A DNA stretch of 64,000 bases from an uncultured Lentimicrobiaceae bacterium (GCA_964628285.1 CAZVNP010000005.1:902-64901); one strand, 5' to 3'. Counted from the first letter of the stretch, positions 19,506-29,852 are shown. The notes: generated from the letters alone by a model not told the origin. Program-made: numbers and translations.

Positions 19506-20092
19506 ATGGAACAAAGCGAAGCCATATTGAAAATTGAAGATGTTCACAATATCTATGAGGTCGGTGAGGTCCATATCAACGCCCTGCGCGGGGTGACCCT
19601 GGAAGTGCACAGCGGTGATTTTGTCGCCGTCATGGGAGCCAGCGGCTCCGGTAAATCAACACTCATGCACATCCTGGGATGGCTCGACAGACCTACCAAA
19701 GGAAGGAACTCGTTTTGCGGGCGCTCGAATCGGTCGGCCTGAAGGACAGGATGTACAACAAACCCAACCAATTGTCGGGAGGACAGCAGCAACGTGTGGC
19801 CATAGCCAGGGCTATCGTTAACAATCCGGCCGTCATTTTTGCCGATGAACCCACCGGTAACCTTGACACGCACAGCAGCCTGGAGATCATGACCATTTTT
19901 CAGAAACTGAACAATGAAGGGGCCACCATTGTCTTTGTGACCCATGAAGCCAATCTGGCCGATTTTTGCAAATCGAAAGTCATGTTCAGTGATGGCAAAA
20001 TAATCTCAACAAAAACCAATGATAATCCTAAGTCGGCCCAGGCAGAGCTTGACAGGCTGCCTGTTATGGATGAAAATACAAAAGTGGTATGA
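19506..20092 (+). pseudogene. MacB/LolD-type ABC ATPase with an internal frameshifting deletion near 19697-19708
   Basis: Walker [10 protein letters not shown] in frame 19506-19742; [19 protein letters not shown] and VTH in frame 19679-20092. The GFVFQ Q-loop region is missing. Confidence 0.85.
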
Positions 20093-21309
20093 ATGCGTTA
20101 ATGATGATAAAAAGTGCCTTTGGTGCCCTGGGGAAGAATAAGTTCAGGACTTTCCTGACCATGCTGGGCATCATCATCGGTGTAGCCGCTGTCATCGTGA
20201 TGCAGGGCATAGGCAAAGGCACCGAGGCGGTTGTGAATAACCGTATTGCCAGTCTGGGTACCAACCTGGTCTTTGTAAGCCCGTCGGCGGCACGTGAGAA
20301 TGGTGTCAGACAAACCGCGGGAACACAGCAAAGCCTCACGGTCAACGATGTCGAGGCCATACGAAAATTTTGTTCCGACGTTCAATATGCCTCACCTGTT
20401 ATCAGTACATCAGTACAGGTCAAATTCAGTGCAAACAACTGGCAGACGACCATACTCGGGGTATCGTCCGATTTCCTTAAAATACGTGACATGACCCTTA
20501 TCGACGGTGCATCGTTTAACAGTGAAGATATTAAAACGTCGGCTAAATATTGTCTCCTTGGCAATACGGTCAAGAACGAGCTGTTCACCAACAACGAAGA
20601 TCCTGTAGGAAAGACCATCCGTGTGGGTTTGATACCCTTCAAAGTGATCGGCGTGTTGGCGCCAAAAGGACAAACCGGTTTTGGGCGGGACCAGGATGAT
20701 ATTATCCTTGCCCCTTACACAAGCGTAAAAAACAGGATCACGGGAAGCCGGTATATACAGCAGATCTTTGTGTCGGCACGCACTCTGGGTGACATTAACC
20801 CGGCTGTCAGCGAGATCACCAGGACTTTAAGGATACAGCACAGGATAGCGAAGGGCCAGGCCGATGATTTCACCATCAACACACAGTCAGAGATAGCCCA
20901 GACGGCTAAATCCATCACAGGGGCTCTGACGACGTTGCTGGCCAGCATTGCGGCGATCTCACTGCTGGTGGGAGGCATCGGCATCATGAACATCATGCTC
21001 GTGTCGGTGACGGAGCGCACGCGTGAGATAGGCATACGCCTGGCTATCGGCGCCACAGCCTATGACATCCTCACCCAGCTCCTGATCGAGGCTGTTGTCC
21101 TGAGCATCACCGCCGGTCTCATCGGCGTGCTCTTTGGCGTGGCCGTCGCTACCGCCCTGTCACGCTTTGTCGGATGGGAGACAGTCATCACACCCGGCAC
21201 CGAGTTGGCCGCCTTCCTCATCAGCTCGTTCATCGGCGTCTTTTTTGGGTGGTATCCCGCACGCAAAGCTGCACGACTTAATCCCATCGACGCTCTTCGA
21301 TTTGAATAA
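20089..21309 (+). CDS. MacB-family ABC transporter permease
   Basis: [55 protein letters not shown]. Confidence 0.93.
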   Translation: MNALMMIKSAFGALGKNKFRTFLTMLGIIIGVAAVIVMQGIGKGTEAVVNNRIASLGTNLVFVSPSAARENGVRQTAGTQQSLTVNDVEAIRKFCSDVQYASPVISTSVQVKFSANNWQTTILGVSSDFLKIRDMTLIDGASFNSEDIKTSAKYCLLGNTVKNELFTNNEDPVGKTIRVGLIPFKVIGVLAPKGQTGFGRDQDDIILAPYTSVKNRITGSRYIQQIFVSARTLGDINPAVSEITRTLRIQHRIAKGQADDFTINTQSEIAQTAKSITGALTTLLASIAAISLLVGGIGIMNIMLVSVTERTREIGIRLAIGATAYDILTQLLIEAVVLSITAGLIGVLFGVAVATALSRFVGWETVITPGTELAAFLISSFIGVFFGWYPARKAARLNPIDALRFE

Positions 21310-21367
21310 ACACCGCGGCATAGGTTGATCTTATGACCACCGGGATGATAATTGCGGAAACCTCGTC

Positions 21368-24238
21368 CTAGAAATGGTCATGATCCATGCCGTCACGCCA
21401 TCTCTCTCCCGGCTGGAACTGCGGCGCACCTTGAAAATTTCTGAGGTTATAAGTAAAGATGATCATGAGATAGCGGTTCAGGACTTCGGTCTGCGTATTC
21501 TCAATATAAGAGTCTGTCACCGTCCGGTTGATGCTGTTGTTGCTGTTGAGGATGTCAAAGGCATAAAGCCGCACCTCGGCAGCATTGTTTTTTAAAAATT
21601 TATACCCTATGGACGCATTCCACAGCAGGTAATCTTTGACCAGCGGACTGGTGAATCCGGTGTACAGGGTATAGCTGATATCGGAGCCGAGGATGAGACC
21701 TTTCCAGGGCAACAGGTTGATTTTGCCGGTAGCCACCTGGTAGAGGTAGTTGTTATCGGAAGCCGGCTGAATACTGTTCTTCACCAGGTTATAATCCACC
21801 GAATAAGCCACGGTAAAGTCGATGTTTTCGCTGATATTGCTGCTCACAACCACACCGCCGTTGAAATCGGATGTATTGGCGTCATTCACGTTACCGTTGA
21901 TTAATCCGGGGGTATGGGAATATGAGATGCCGCCGTGAAGGTTCAGGTTGCTTTTGATGCTTTTCACCGGCACGCCGTACATAAAGAAAGACCGCACGTT
22001 CCAATAACCCCTGAGATTGACGGGTCTGGTGAGCTGTGATCCGGCATTCAGGATCATGCCGTTCTGAAGAACTGTATCAGCCTGTTCAAAAAGGATGGAA
22101 TTGCCGATGTAATTCTGTGTTAACATGCCGCTGAGGAAGATAAAAAAGGGTTTGATCCTGTCAGGATCGGTCCTCCCGTAACGGGCCACGATCAGGTGAC
22201 TGTACTGCTGTTTCAGGTCAGGATTACCGGTGGAAAGGATCAGCGGATTGGTGTTGTCGATGACATCCTGTAATTGGCCGACACCGGGGGTGTTGGTGAA
22301 AGTCCTGTAAAAAATCCTCAGATTATTGGAAGAGGAGAATTTATACATCATCACTGCCATAGGCAGGAGATTGTCGAAGTTCTTACTTAGCCTGGATGAT
22401 GACGGAAAGGTTTGGTCACCCGTTAAAAGGGTGTGCTGGTAATTGACTCCGGCTATGAAATTATATTTCACACCCCTCAGGCGGTAGCTGATGCCTCCCC
22501 TGTGGATTGTATTATATGTGCTGTATTTATTAGAAAGAGAGGTATCGGGAATGGAATATTGACCGCTTATGGAATCGAAGAGAAAGGTCTCCTTATCAGA
22601 ATAATCTTTGGAATACGAGGGGTCATAGCTGAACTGTAACTGGCTGTTGACCCCCAATGGCTCGGTGTAGGCCAGATCGCCCGAAACCATATATCCGTCG
22701 GCGACAGTATGCGCATTCTGATCATTGGTCTGCAGGGAATCATAACCCACATTATAACGGCTTTGAGAGAGAAGATCGCTGTTACCGGTTTTATTATTGC
22801 ATGCCGATCCTATATTCACCGAAACGGTTCTTCCTGTCTTATTGAATTTATGCCTGTATAAAAGGTTGCCCGACAGATCATACCCTGAATAAGTTGCATT
22901 GTAATCGCTCGTGCTGCTGTTGATCATCACCTCATTGAGCAGACTGTTGGTCCCCGTCAGATCACTTGTGGAATGATTCTTCTGAAAGCTCAGGCGGGGT
23001 GTGAAAATGAAGGAATTCGACGAATCGATATTGTACTGCATGCGCATATTGAAACGGTGATTGTAATTGTTGCCGGCGGCGTCATTGGTTTCATGGTAAT
23101 ATTGGCTCGTGGTGTCATTGATGAAATATTGCCTGTCGAGGATGCTGTTGGTCTTATTCCTCACCTGGTTAAAGAAATAGCTGGCAGTGATTTTGATTTT
23201 TTGTCCCCAGGTGTCACTGTAATTGAATCCTATGGCGTTTGTGGTGTTGATACCAGACTGTTGTCCGATGAAGAAGTTGCTCATATCAAATCCCATGGGG
23301 CCACCGCCGAAGGAACCACCGCCGCGACGGCCGCCACGGCCGCCGAAGCCTCCCAAGCCGCCGCGCCGGCCTGACATACCTGCCACCCCCAGGAAATCCT
23401 GCGAAGAGAAGTTCTGTTGGTTAACGTTGTTGCTCAACCCGATAATGGTCAAACGGCGCTGCTGACCGAACAGATTAAGGTTGCCGCCCACCTGGTACCT
23501 CCCGTCGGTGCCATAACCGGCGAAGAATCTACCAAACCGGCCTTTGTTCATACCCTGCCGTGTGACGATATTCATCGTCTTGTCGGTATTACCGTCGTTA
23601 AAGCCGGTGAACTGTGCCTGGTCGCTGAGCTTGTCGAACACCTGTATCCTGTCGATGATCTCTGCGGGGACGTTCCTGAGAGCCAGCGAGGGATCATCAC
23701 CAAAAAATTCCCGCCCGTCGACGAGCACCTTTTTGACATCCTCGCCCTGTGCTTTCACCGTGCCCTGCTCCACGGTGATGCCGGGCATCTTCGTGACGAG
23801 ATCTTCGGCATTGGCGTCGGGGTTGGTCTTATAAGCACCGGCATTGTATTCGACCGTGTCGCCCCTCATCTCGGTGCGTATCTGTTGCGATTGAACCGTG
23901 ATGCCTTCAAGCGGAGTGATGACCGGTTCCATCATGATATCCGCCAGACGGATGTCGGCATTGGTGACGATGATGCTTTGTTCATATTCTTTCAATCCGA
24001 CATATGTGGCCTTGAGCTTATACCTTCCCGGCGCCACATGCCTGAAGGTGAAAGTCCCTTCCAGACCTGACACCTCACCCAAAGCCCGCGTGGTATCAGG
24101 CGTATCCATCAGCAGAACATGGACACCTTGCAGGGGCGCATGATCGTCCTTGCCAAGGATCCGCCCGGTAATCGTAAAGGTCTGCGCATGAATAAAAAGG
24201 AAAGATAAAATCAGCATCAACGTAGTAAAATATCTCAT
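21368..24238 (-). CDS. TonB-dependent receptor-like outer membrane beta-barrel protein
   Basis: Signal peptide, CarboxypepD_reg domain, GDTVEYNA, KMPGITVE, VDGREFFGDDP, GNPDLK, Gly/Arg-rich loop. Start 24238 or 24247. Confidence 0.88.
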   Translation of the reverse strand: MRYFTTLMLILSFLFIHAQTFTITGRILGKDDHAPLQGVHVLLMDTPDTTRALGEVSGLEGTFTFRHVAPGRYKLKATYVGLKEYEQSIIVTNADIRLADIMMEPVITPLEGITVQSQQIRTEMRGDTVEYNAGAYKTNPDANAEDLVTKMPGITVEQGTVKAQGEDVKKVLVDGREFFGDDPSLALRNVPAEIIDRIQVFDKLSDQAQFTGFNDGNTDKTMNIVTRQGMNKGRFGRFFAGYGTDGRYQVGGNLNLFGQQRRLTIIGLSNNVNQQNFSSQDFLGVAGMSGRRGGLGGFGGRGGRRGGGSFGGGPMGFDMSNFFIGQQSGINTTNAIGFNYSDTWGQKIKITASYFFNQVRNKTNSILDRQYFINDTTSQYYHETNDAAGNNYNHRFNMRMQYNIDSSNSFIFTPRLSFQKNHSTSDLTGTNSLLNEVMINSSTSDYNATYSGYDLSGNLLYRHKFNKTGRTVSVNIGSACNNKTGNSDLLSQSRYNVGYDSLQTNDQNAHTVADGYMVSGDLAYTEPLGVNSQLQFSYDPSYSKDYSDKETFLFDSISGQYSIPDTSLSNKYSTYNTIHRGGISYRLRGVKYNFIAGVNYQHTLLTGDQTFPSSSRLSKNFDNLLPMAVMMYKFSSSNNLRIFYRTFTNTPGVGQLQDVIDNTNPLILSTGNPDLKQQYSHLIVARYGRTDPDRIKPFFIFLSGMLTQNYIGNSILFEQADTVLQNGMILNAGSQLTRPVNLRGYWNVRSFFMYGVPVKSIKSNLNLHGGISYSHTPGLINGNVNDANTSDFNGGVVVSSNISENIDFTVAYSVDYNLVKNSIQPASDNNYLYQVATGKINLLPWKGLILGSDISYTLYTGFTSPLVKDYLLWNASIGYKFLKNNAAEVRLYAFDILNSNNSINRTVTDSYIENTQTEVLNRYLMIIFTYNLRNFQGAPQFQPGERWRDGMDHDHF

Positions 24239-24300
24239 CGCCAGCACACGGTTTGGGGTTGAAGGGCAAAATTATTTAATTACTGAGCCGGAAACGTACG

Positions 24301-24328
24301 TTAGACGTAAAAAAGAGGATAAAGTTTA
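24301..24328 (-). promoter_or_regulatory. Candidate ECF-sigma promoter TAAAC-N16-CGTCTAA
   Basis: AAC (-35) and CGT (-10) spacing typical of ECF promoters, upstream of the beta-barrel gene. Confidence 0.35.
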
Positions 24329-24399
24329 ATACACTGAATCATATCCACATTCATGAGCATAATGCCGGTTATATAATTATACACTATGATTGACGGGAA

Positions 24400-25815
24400 T
24401 CAATAACGGTAAAAGCAAACTGTTTTTGGCTCCGTCATTTCCATCAGCGAGAACTTGATCCCTTCACGGCCCAGCCCGGAGTTTTTAATTCCGCCGAAGG
24501 GCATGGAATCTAACCGGTAATCGGTGGAATCATTGACCATCACCCCGCCGCACTCCAGATCATAAGCGGCCTTCAGGGCCGTATTCACATTGGAGGTGAA
24601 TACAGCGGCGTGTAAGCCAAACGGCAGGCTGTTGGCCTTTGCAATGGCTTCTTCAATGGTTTTGACAGGAAAGAGGTTCACTGCCGGGCCGAACACTTCA
24701 TCTTTAAAGATCTTCGCTGTCGCGGGGACATTCTCCAGCACCGTCGGCTCCATGACGGCCCCTGTTCTCCTTCCCCCGCAAAGGCAGGTGGCGCCCATGG
24801 TGACGGCTTCCTTCACCCACGTTTCAACCCTGACCGCTTCCTTTTCGGTAATCATGGGCCCCATGTCGCACTCCTCCGACAGCTTGTTACCTGTTTTGTA
24901 TTTCTTTGTAATGGCGACAAACCGCGTTTTAAATTCATCATAAATATCCTCATGAACATAGATCCTCTGCACGCCGATGCAGTTTTGTCCTGCCGCCCAG
25001 AAGGCACCTGACACACATGATTCCACGGCCATCCGGAGGTCCGCATCGTTCCACACAATGACCGGGGAGTTGGAACCCAGTTCCATCCCGATCTTTTTAA
25101 TACCTGCTATTTTTGTGATCTCTCTCCCGGCTTCCAGCCCGCCGGTAAAGGATATCATCCTGATGTCTTCATGTCGGACCAGGACGGGGCCTATCTCGCT
25201 ACCCTGGCCGGTGACGACCTGCAAACATTCGGCAGGCAGGCCCGATGCCAGGAAGGCCTCCGCCAGCTTCAGGGCAGACAAAGGGGTGACCGTGGCAGGT
25301 TTGAGAATGACGCTGTTGCCGGCAGCAAAAGCAGGGCCCAGCTTGTGGGCGACAAGGTTCAACGGATCATTGAAGGGCGTTATGGCCAGTACGATGCCTA
25401 TCGGGAAACGGTAATAATAACCGATCCTGTTCTCACCTCCCGGAAAGGAATCGAAGGGTATGGTCTCGCCCAGGATTCTCTTCGATTCTTCGGCGGAAAT
25501 TCTCAGAGTGTTGACGCAACGTCCCGCTTCTTTCCTTGCTTCTTTTATTGTCTTGGAACCCTCCCTGGCTATGGTCCGGGCAAAATCTTCCTTGTTTTGC
25601 TCCACGTAAGCTGCTGTTTTGTAAAGGATGTCGGCCCGTTCAAAAACCGTCATCTTCCGTGCAGTCTGAAAACCTTTTTTGGCCGACTCAACGGCCCTCA
25701 GAGCATCCGCTTCAGAAGCCTTCGGCACGACATCTATCAATGAATTATCATAAGGATCATACACCGGTATGGTTTCGCTGGTCATCACCCACTGACCGTC
25801 TATCAGCATCTTCAT
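24400..25815 (-). CDS. Aldehyde dehydrogenase (lactaldehyde dehydrogenase/GapN-like)
   Basis: ITPFNDP, ISFTGG, MELGSN, AGQNCIG, EVFGP, PFGGIKNSGLGREG. Confidence 0.92.
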   Translation of the reverse strand: MKMLIDGQWVMTSETIPVYDPYDNSLIDVVPKASEADALRAVESAKKGFQTARKMTVFERADILYKTAAYVEQNKEDFARTIAREGSKTIKEARKEAGRCVNTLRISAEESKRILGETIPFDSFPGGENRIGYYYRFPIGIVLAITPFNDPLNLVAHKLGPAFAAGNSVILKPATVTPLSALKLAEAFLASGLPAECLQVVTGQGSEIGPVLVRHEDIRMISFTGGLEAGREITKIAGIKKIGMELGSNSPVIVWNDADLRMAVESCVSGAFWAAGQNCIGVQRIYVHEDIYDEFKTRFVAITKKYKTGNKLSEECDMGPMITEKEAVRVETWVKEAVTMGATCLCGGRRTGAVMEPTVLENVPATAKIFKDEVFGPAVNLFPVKTIEEAIAKANSLPFGLHAAVFTSNVNTALKAAYDLECGGVMVNDSTDYRLDSMPFGGIKNSGLGREGIKFSLMEMTEPKTVCFYRY

Positions 25816-25867
25816 AATAAAAGTTTTGAATGAATAATTTCAGATTGAGACGATTTCATGATGGGTA

Positions 25868-25875
25868 CAAATATA
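25868..25875 (-). promoter_or_regulatory. Bacteroidota -7 promoter element (TATATTTG)
   Basis: TAnnTTTG match about 55 nt upstream of the ALDH start. Confidence 0.5.
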
Positions 25876-26078
25876 TGACCTAATGGTGGAATTTAATAAT
25901 AATTATCCCAGGCATACAAAACGAAGCCAACATGCCAATCCGGGTCGATATGGTTGCCGGACAATAAATTCTTCCCTGAAAGACCAGGATTCACATATAC
26001 AGATCGTCCCATTAAGAAATAATTAGATGAGTTTCCCGACGTTAAATCAAAAATGGGATCCACTAAATCTGATCGGTT

Positions 26079-26681
26079 ATGAACACAAAACTTTTTCTCA
26101 GCAGCCTAGTGGCTTTTCTGGCACTCGTCAATCCGGTGCACAAAATTCTGGTGGTTAACATATTACAGGAACAATTTACGATAAAACAACTGAGATTTCT
26201 TTCAATAAAATCAACGCTGACAGCCTTCATCATCCTGATCCTTTTCTTATTTCTGGGACACGCTATTTTTTCCTATGTCTTTCACATCCAGCTTTATGCT
26301 TTCCAGATCACCAGCGGTATCGTACTGATTTATACCGGTCTTCTCGGATTGCAGAGGGGTGAATTTATAAGGATGGAAAAAAACATCAGATTGATGGATG
26401 TTGCGAGCGTTCCAATAGCCATTCCCATGATAGCAGGACCTGCCACCATCACGGCAGCGGTGACCTTCCCTGCCGATTACGGTAAAGTGATCACCATTGT
26501 CTCCATTTTCTTTGCGCTGGTCATTAATCTCGTTATCATGCTGTATGCCCATAGCATAGGCAAGGTCCTGAGAAAATACAACTTCATGAGTGCCCTGATA
26601 AGGATTACCGGTCTGATCGTGGCCACCATCGGTCTGCAATTGATCCTCAACGGGATCAGGAACTTTGTCATTTCAATATGA
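26079..26681 (+). CDS. MarC-family membrane protein
   Basis: LVNP, VPIAIPMIAGPATIT, RITGLIVATIGLQ. Confidence 0.9.
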   Translation: MNTKLFLSSLVAFLALVNPVHKILVVNILQEQFTIKQLRFLSIKSTLTAFIILILFLFLGHAIFSYVFHIQLYAFQITSGIVLIYTGLLGLQRGEFIRMEKNIRLMDVASVPIAIPMIAGPATITAAVTFPADYGKVITIVSIFFALVINLVIMLYAHSIGKVLRKYNFMSALIRITGLIVATIGLQLILNGIRNFVISI

Positions 26682-26711
26682 TGATAGTAAACCGTGGCCC
26701 GTCCAATTTAT

Positions 26712-26738
26712 GAGCCCCGGCGGGGTGACAGGATAATA
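26712..26738. repeat. REP-like palindrome AGCCCCGGCGGGGTGACAGGATAATA
   Basis: Hairpin whose tail resembles the reverse complement of the copies at 29528-29607. Confidence 0.5.
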
Positions 26739-26862
26739 TCAAAATGAAACGGAAATGAATAACCGTTCAGGAATGGTCGTATGAGATACCACGTTTTCCG
26801 TATCTTTACTCCATGAATCTGCCAATTATTTTATAACGGTAACTCAAACGTTATACATTAAA

Positions 26863-27189
26863 ATGTCCCGTAAGCTAAAAAATATTACTTCTCTTTGGTT
26901 GGTGATCATTTTGCTTACACCGACCTTTGTAAAATTTGAGCATCACCATGAACATGTCATCTGGCACCCGTCAAAAGAAAGGCAGTTTCACATCTTTCAT
27001 GAGAAATGTGCGATATGCAGCTTTGAATTCTCTGTTTTCTTTCCTGAAAAGACCGGCATAGTTCCGGCGAAGTCTGAATTAACAGACAGCTACAATAATT
27101 TCTATAAAGCTTTCCATCATTCAGATCCTTCCAGGTATACATTTTTACTTCGAGCTCCTCCGGTTTTTACAAATAACCTGACGTCCTGA
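26863..27189 (+). CDS. His-rich CxxC/RAPP leader protein (DUF2946/CruR-like)
   Basis: Hydrophobic N-terminus, EHHHEH, HEKCAIC and C-terminal LRAPP, 45 nt upstream of a TonB-dependent receptor. Confidence 0.8.
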   Translation: MSRKLKNITSLWLVIILLTPTFVKFEHHHEHVIWHPSKERQFHIFHEKCAICSFEFSVFFPEKTGIVPAKSELTDSYNNFYKAFHHSDPSRYTFLLRAPPVFTNNLTS

Positions 27190-27220
27190 AAGGATGTAAA
27201 AAGATTTTATTTGTAAAACC
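27162..27220 (+). promoter_or_regulatory. Long RNA hairpin between the RAPP codons and the receptor start codon
   Basis: GGTTTTTACAAATAA (27162-27176) pairs with TTATTTGTAAAACC (27207-27220); inner stem ACGTCCT/AGGATGT. Confidence 0.7.
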
Positions 27221-27234
27221 CAAAACCGTATAAA

Positions 27235-29475
27235 ATGAAGATTATTTTCACTTTATGCGTTATGATGTTATCTTACCAAATCATAAACGCACAAAACAAG
27301 ATTGCAGGGCGAATCACCGATCAGGATGGTCAGCCACTGGTGGGTGCGACCATCTTCTTACCCGAGATCAATAAAGGAACCGCTTCCGATATCAACGGTC
27401 ACTATGAAATCAGGAATCTGCCCGGCGGCAAAGACAAAATCCAGATTTCATTTATCGGATATGCCACGAAAGTTGAAACCGTAATATTGGACAAGCCTGT
27501 CACTGAACTGAATATTGCGTTGCAGCCTTCAGTTATGGAGGCAGAAGAAGTTGTAATCACCGGGGGGTACAGTTCAACACAGGACGAAAATGCAGTCAAA
27601 ATTGATGTCCTTAAACTCAACTCACCATTTGTAAAATCGACTCCCAATTTTTCAGAAATACTGACACAAATACCCGGGGTTGATATGATCTCAAAAGGAA
27701 GCGGTGTTTCAAAACCCGTTATCAGGGGGCTTTCAATGAATGATATTTTGGTACTGAATAACGGTGTCCGTTTCGAGAATTATCAGTATTCGGATCATCA
27801 TCCGTTGGGTATCGACGAATTTGGGATCGACGATGTTGAAATCATCAAGGGGCCTGCATCTTTACTCTATGGTTCCGATGCTGTCGGTGGCGTGCTCAAT
27901 TTCATAAAAGAACGACCGGCACCGGAGGGTACCACTGTTGGAGATTATAATTTACAGTTATTTTCAAATACGCTGGGGATGACTAATAATTTCGGTATAA
28001 AGACATCATCCAAGAAATTTTATGGCGGGATCCGCATCGGGCAAAAAACCAATGCCGATTTCCTGCAGGGTGGAGGGACCTTCGCTCCAAATACACGTTT
28101 CAACGAGTATTCGGTTAAACTTAACACCGGTATGACCGGGAAATCAGGCACCTTCAAATTGTTCTTTGATTATGGCCGGGAAAACCTGGGACTTGCTGAA
28201 GAGGAGGCTATTGAAGCGATAACCAAGAGGGGAAGAAAATGTGAAATTTTTTACGAGCAATTAAACACACACCTGCTGTCATCACAAAACAAGATATATC
28301 TGGGTAAAGCAAAATTGGAAGTGAATGCTGCCTATCAAAATACCGAACTCATTCATTTCGGGGAACCGGATGTCTATGAAATTCAAATGAGACTGGGAAC
28401 GCTGACTTACGAAAGCAAGCTATATCTCTCGTCAGGTAAAAATACCGATTATATTGTGGGTTTTCAGGGATTGTATCAGACTAACACCAATTTGCACGAC
28501 AGGGAGACCAAATTGCTGCCTGATGCGACAACAAATAATTATTCGGTTTTTGGATTATTGCAATGGAACCCCGTCAGGAAACTGAAAATTCAAGCGGGCA
28601 TCCGCTATGACAATAAAATCATCATGTCAGAAGCTCTCGGCATGCCCGATTCATCTGATTTCCGGAGTGCGATTGATAAAAGCTATAACAGTTTCAGCGG
28701 CTCTTTCGGGACAGTGTATAATATTTCGGAAAGGTTTTTATTCAGGACCAACGTTGCGGCAGCGTACCGCACACCCAACCTGGCAGAACTGACATCCAAG
28801 GGACCTCATGAAACACGCTATGAAATTGGAGATAATAACCTTGTTCCCGAGAATGCTTATGAGTTTGATTTGAGCATGCATTATCACAAAGACAATTTCA
28901 TGGCGGATGTTGCAGGGTTTTATAACCTTATCGACCATTATATCTTTATCACACCAACGGGCGATACAACTGCATCAGGCATGTATATTTATAAGTATAT
29001 GCAGAGCAATTCATCATTGTTCGGAGGCGAGGCCGGCATGCACTATCACCCTTATCCAATACAGTGGCTTCATATGAAGGTTACCTATTCGTATGTGTTG
29101 GGAAGACAAAGAAATGGCAACTATTTGCCTTTTATTCCGTCCGGCAAATTTAATTTTGAGATCAGGGCCGAAAAAGAGAACCTGTTATTTATTCATCATG
29201 CATTTGTCTCGATAAATACGAACACAGACTTTGATCAGAATCATCCGGCACCTGATGAAACAACGACGCCGGGCTATACTTTATGGAACCTGTCAATGGG
29301 AGGTCAGATCATGTGGGGCCGTCAGCCCGTTTCAATCGGTATCTGCGTCAGCAATATCTTAGATAAAAAATATGTCGATCATTTGTCGACATTAAAAGAG
29401 GTGCATTTGTACGCTCCCGGAAGGAATATTTCGCTTACCGTAAGGGTTCCGTTTGAAATTAATAAGAAGGAATGA
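27235..29475 (+). CDS. TonB-dependent receptor (probably metal uptake)
   Basis: CarboxypepD_reg domain, plug KPVIRGL, DHHPLG, IIKGPASLLYGSDAVGG, RTPNLAEL, YVDHLS, PGRN. Confidence 0.92.
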   Translation: MKIIFTLCVMMLSYQIINAQNKIAGRITDQDGQPLVGATIFLPEINKGTASDINGHYEIRNLPGGKDKIQISFIGYATKVETVILDKPVTELNIALQPSVMEAEEVVITGGYSSTQDENAVKIDVLKLNSPFVKSTPNFSEILTQIPGVDMISKGSGVSKPVIRGLSMNDILVLNNGVRFENYQYSDHHPLGIDEFGIDDVEIIKGPASLLYGSDAVGGVLNFIKERPAPEGTTVGDYNLQLFSNTLGMTNNFGIKTSSKKFYGGIRIGQKTNADFLQGGGTFAPNTRFNEYSVKLNTGMTGKSGTFKLFFDYGRENLGLAEEEAIEAITKRGRKCEIFYEQLNTHLLSSQNKIYLGKAKLEVNAAYQNTELIHFGEPDVYEIQMRLGTLTYESKLYLSSGKNTDYIVGFQGLYQTNTNLHDRETKLLPDATTNNYSVFGLLQWNPVRKLKIQAGIRYDNKIIMSEALGMPDSSDFRSAIDKSYNSFSGSFGTVYNISERFLFRTNVAAAYRTPNLAELTSKGPHETRYEIGDNNLVPENAYEFDLSMHYHKDNFMADVAGFYNLIDHYIFITPTGDTTASGMYIYKYMQSNSSLFGGEAGMHYHPYPIQWLHMKVTYSYVLGRQRNGNYLPFIPSGKFNFEIRAEKENLLFIHHAFVSINTNTDFDQNHPAPDETTTPGYTLWNLSMGGQIMWGRQPVSIGICVSNILDKKYVDHLSTLKEVHLYAPGRNISLTVRVPFEINKKE

Positions 29476-29487
29476 ATGGGATTAGCG

Positions 29488-29745
29488 AAACCCCGAAGGG
29501 ATTCCAGGATTGTTCACCACATTGTCTGCTATTATCATGTCCCCCCTACTGGGCTTGCGGATGGTTCAGGTCACCGACTGCTATAATCATGTCATCCCTT
29601 CGGGACTGGTGTTTAAATCACGGGTATGTACCCCAGGGCATGTTGAGCCTGCGAAATGCCGCTTCAGCGGTGCCCTGGACCCAATTTCCGCCCCAAAGGG
29701 CGGGGCATTATACCCTCCGCCTCCGGTCCCGCCACAGGCGGGATT
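29488..29745. repeat. Cluster of REP-like palindromes
   Basis: AACCCCGAAGGG..., CTATTATCATGTCCCCC..., CTATAATCATGTCATCCCTTCGGGACT, CCGCCCCAAAGGGCGG and TCCCGCCACAGGCGGGA hairpins. Confidence 0.65.
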
Positions 29746-29852
29746 CAACTTACAAATTTTAATTCACTACGTTCTTAAAATTTGAGTTTCACAAATAAAT
29801 AAATTCTCTATATTTGTTTTAATTATTCATCCCTTTTTTAAAACTCCGACCT

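Noticed and set aside
23417-24070. Long antisense ORFs (also 35667-36437, 54766-55437, 53396-53980, 58279-58866, 25171-25743)
   Set aside because: Shadows of well-supported opposite-strand genes; no motifs of their own.
25900-26078. Possible riboswitch upstream of marC (TCCCATT/AATGGGA stem)
   Set aside because: Only a short stem, and no aptamer consensus I can recognise; an Rfam scan would be needed.
29472-29785. Two ~90-aa ORFs
   Set aside because: They run through a cluster of palindromic repeats.
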